Source: Nemertoderma westbladi
Taxonomy: Eukaryota > Animalia > Xenacoelomorpha
Direction of reading: 5' to 3'
DNA: 64,000 nt
Assembly: GCA_032718475.1 (NCBI GenBank)
Contig: JAUCBJ010002852.1
Location: forward strand, 5,342 to 69,341
The position numbers were made by a program, and so were the translations under genes. The notes beneath the pieces are model-generated. The model saw only the letters and a program-made list of their open reading frames with translations. It had not been told where the DNA came from and did no database searches. Below are positions 63,263 to 64,000 of the stretch, piece by piece; position 1 is the stretch's first letter, and each line of letters starts with the position of its first letter.

Positions 63263-64000
63263 ACTGGACGCAAATCCCATCTTGGAGAATTAATATCCCA
63301 CCTCAATGCTAAATTCTCAATTTAGGGAAAGGAGCAGGTTACAGTGGCACGTTATTTTAACCAAAACAATAAACTAAAACTAAACACAATAGAACAGGTT
63401 ATAGTTTTATTTTTGAGAGTATTCAGCTGTTATTTGCGTCCAATTTCTCCTGGAGAGGGATGAATTTTTATTGCGCCGAAAGTCCCCCTGAATATTATAT
63501 ACAGTATGGGAATTCAAGATTGTCAGATAATATTTTGAATGCATAATTTATACAATAAATACCTGTATGCCTACACATGATTTATTATTATGTATTTGTA
63601 CATTCTATAGATTTGTGAGTCGAACGGGTGCGTAATAACATATCTGGTAGTTCATACAAAGTACTCACAGTTAGTTCACGCCATTCACATGCACGTGTTT
63701 TCACCGCGTACCTCATTTTCTTCGGTCGCTACTACCGGTGCTTACGCCACCACGTCTTATGGGCAGAGTTATTTGTACAGCACCCTCCATACAGTTGCCA
63801 TCGAGCACCCAATAATATCGGGCATATTATCACCCCCCGTCAATTACGAGCGCCAATCAGACCATGGACCAGACGCATAAGTACCCCCCCACCAATGGAG
63901 ACAAGACCCCCAAACCACCCCCCCTAACCCCCAGAAGCAATAAAACGACACCGACCCCCCCCCCACTACGACCACAGCGAAGCACCCCCATAACACCAAA

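Noticed and set aside
63553-63760. Candidate upstream receptor exons (donors at ~63552 and ~63668)
   Set aside because: Phase-0 readings are short or hit stops and show no recognisable iGluR amino-terminal domain similarity.
63628-63927. 99-aa + strand ORF near the right edge
   Set aside because: No recognisable motif; the Pro-rich end reflects a C-rich low-complexity tract.

Overview
AT-rich animal genomic DNA, probably an invertebrate, about two thirds of it tandem repeat. The one convincing host gene is a minus-strand delta-type (GluD/GRID-like) ionotropic glutamate receptor. I traced ten phase-compatible GT-AG exons by hand from 58938 down to 35831. They give 523 aa covering S1-M1-M2-M3-S2-M4 and a C-tail ending in the class I PDZ ligand EATV*; the N-terminal exons were not found in the window. 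The long ORFs in the ORF track are mostly by-products of satellites: a 42-bp array (1-28795), a 54-bp array, an 11-bp array and smaller VNTRs. The most striking observation is that several arrays copy or abut the gene's own signals. The 54-mer is about 83 in-frame copies of the last 15 codons plus the stop codon. The 11-mer is about 420 copies of a 5' splice site. Other arrays sit at a donor or at an acceptor/branch region. The last intron holds a four-level nest: hAT-like, then hAT-like, then a dispersed repeat, then a full-length L2/CR1-type LINE. Other introns carry LINE fragments, a tRNA-SINE and a foldback/MULE-like element. All calls are by eye; no searches were run.
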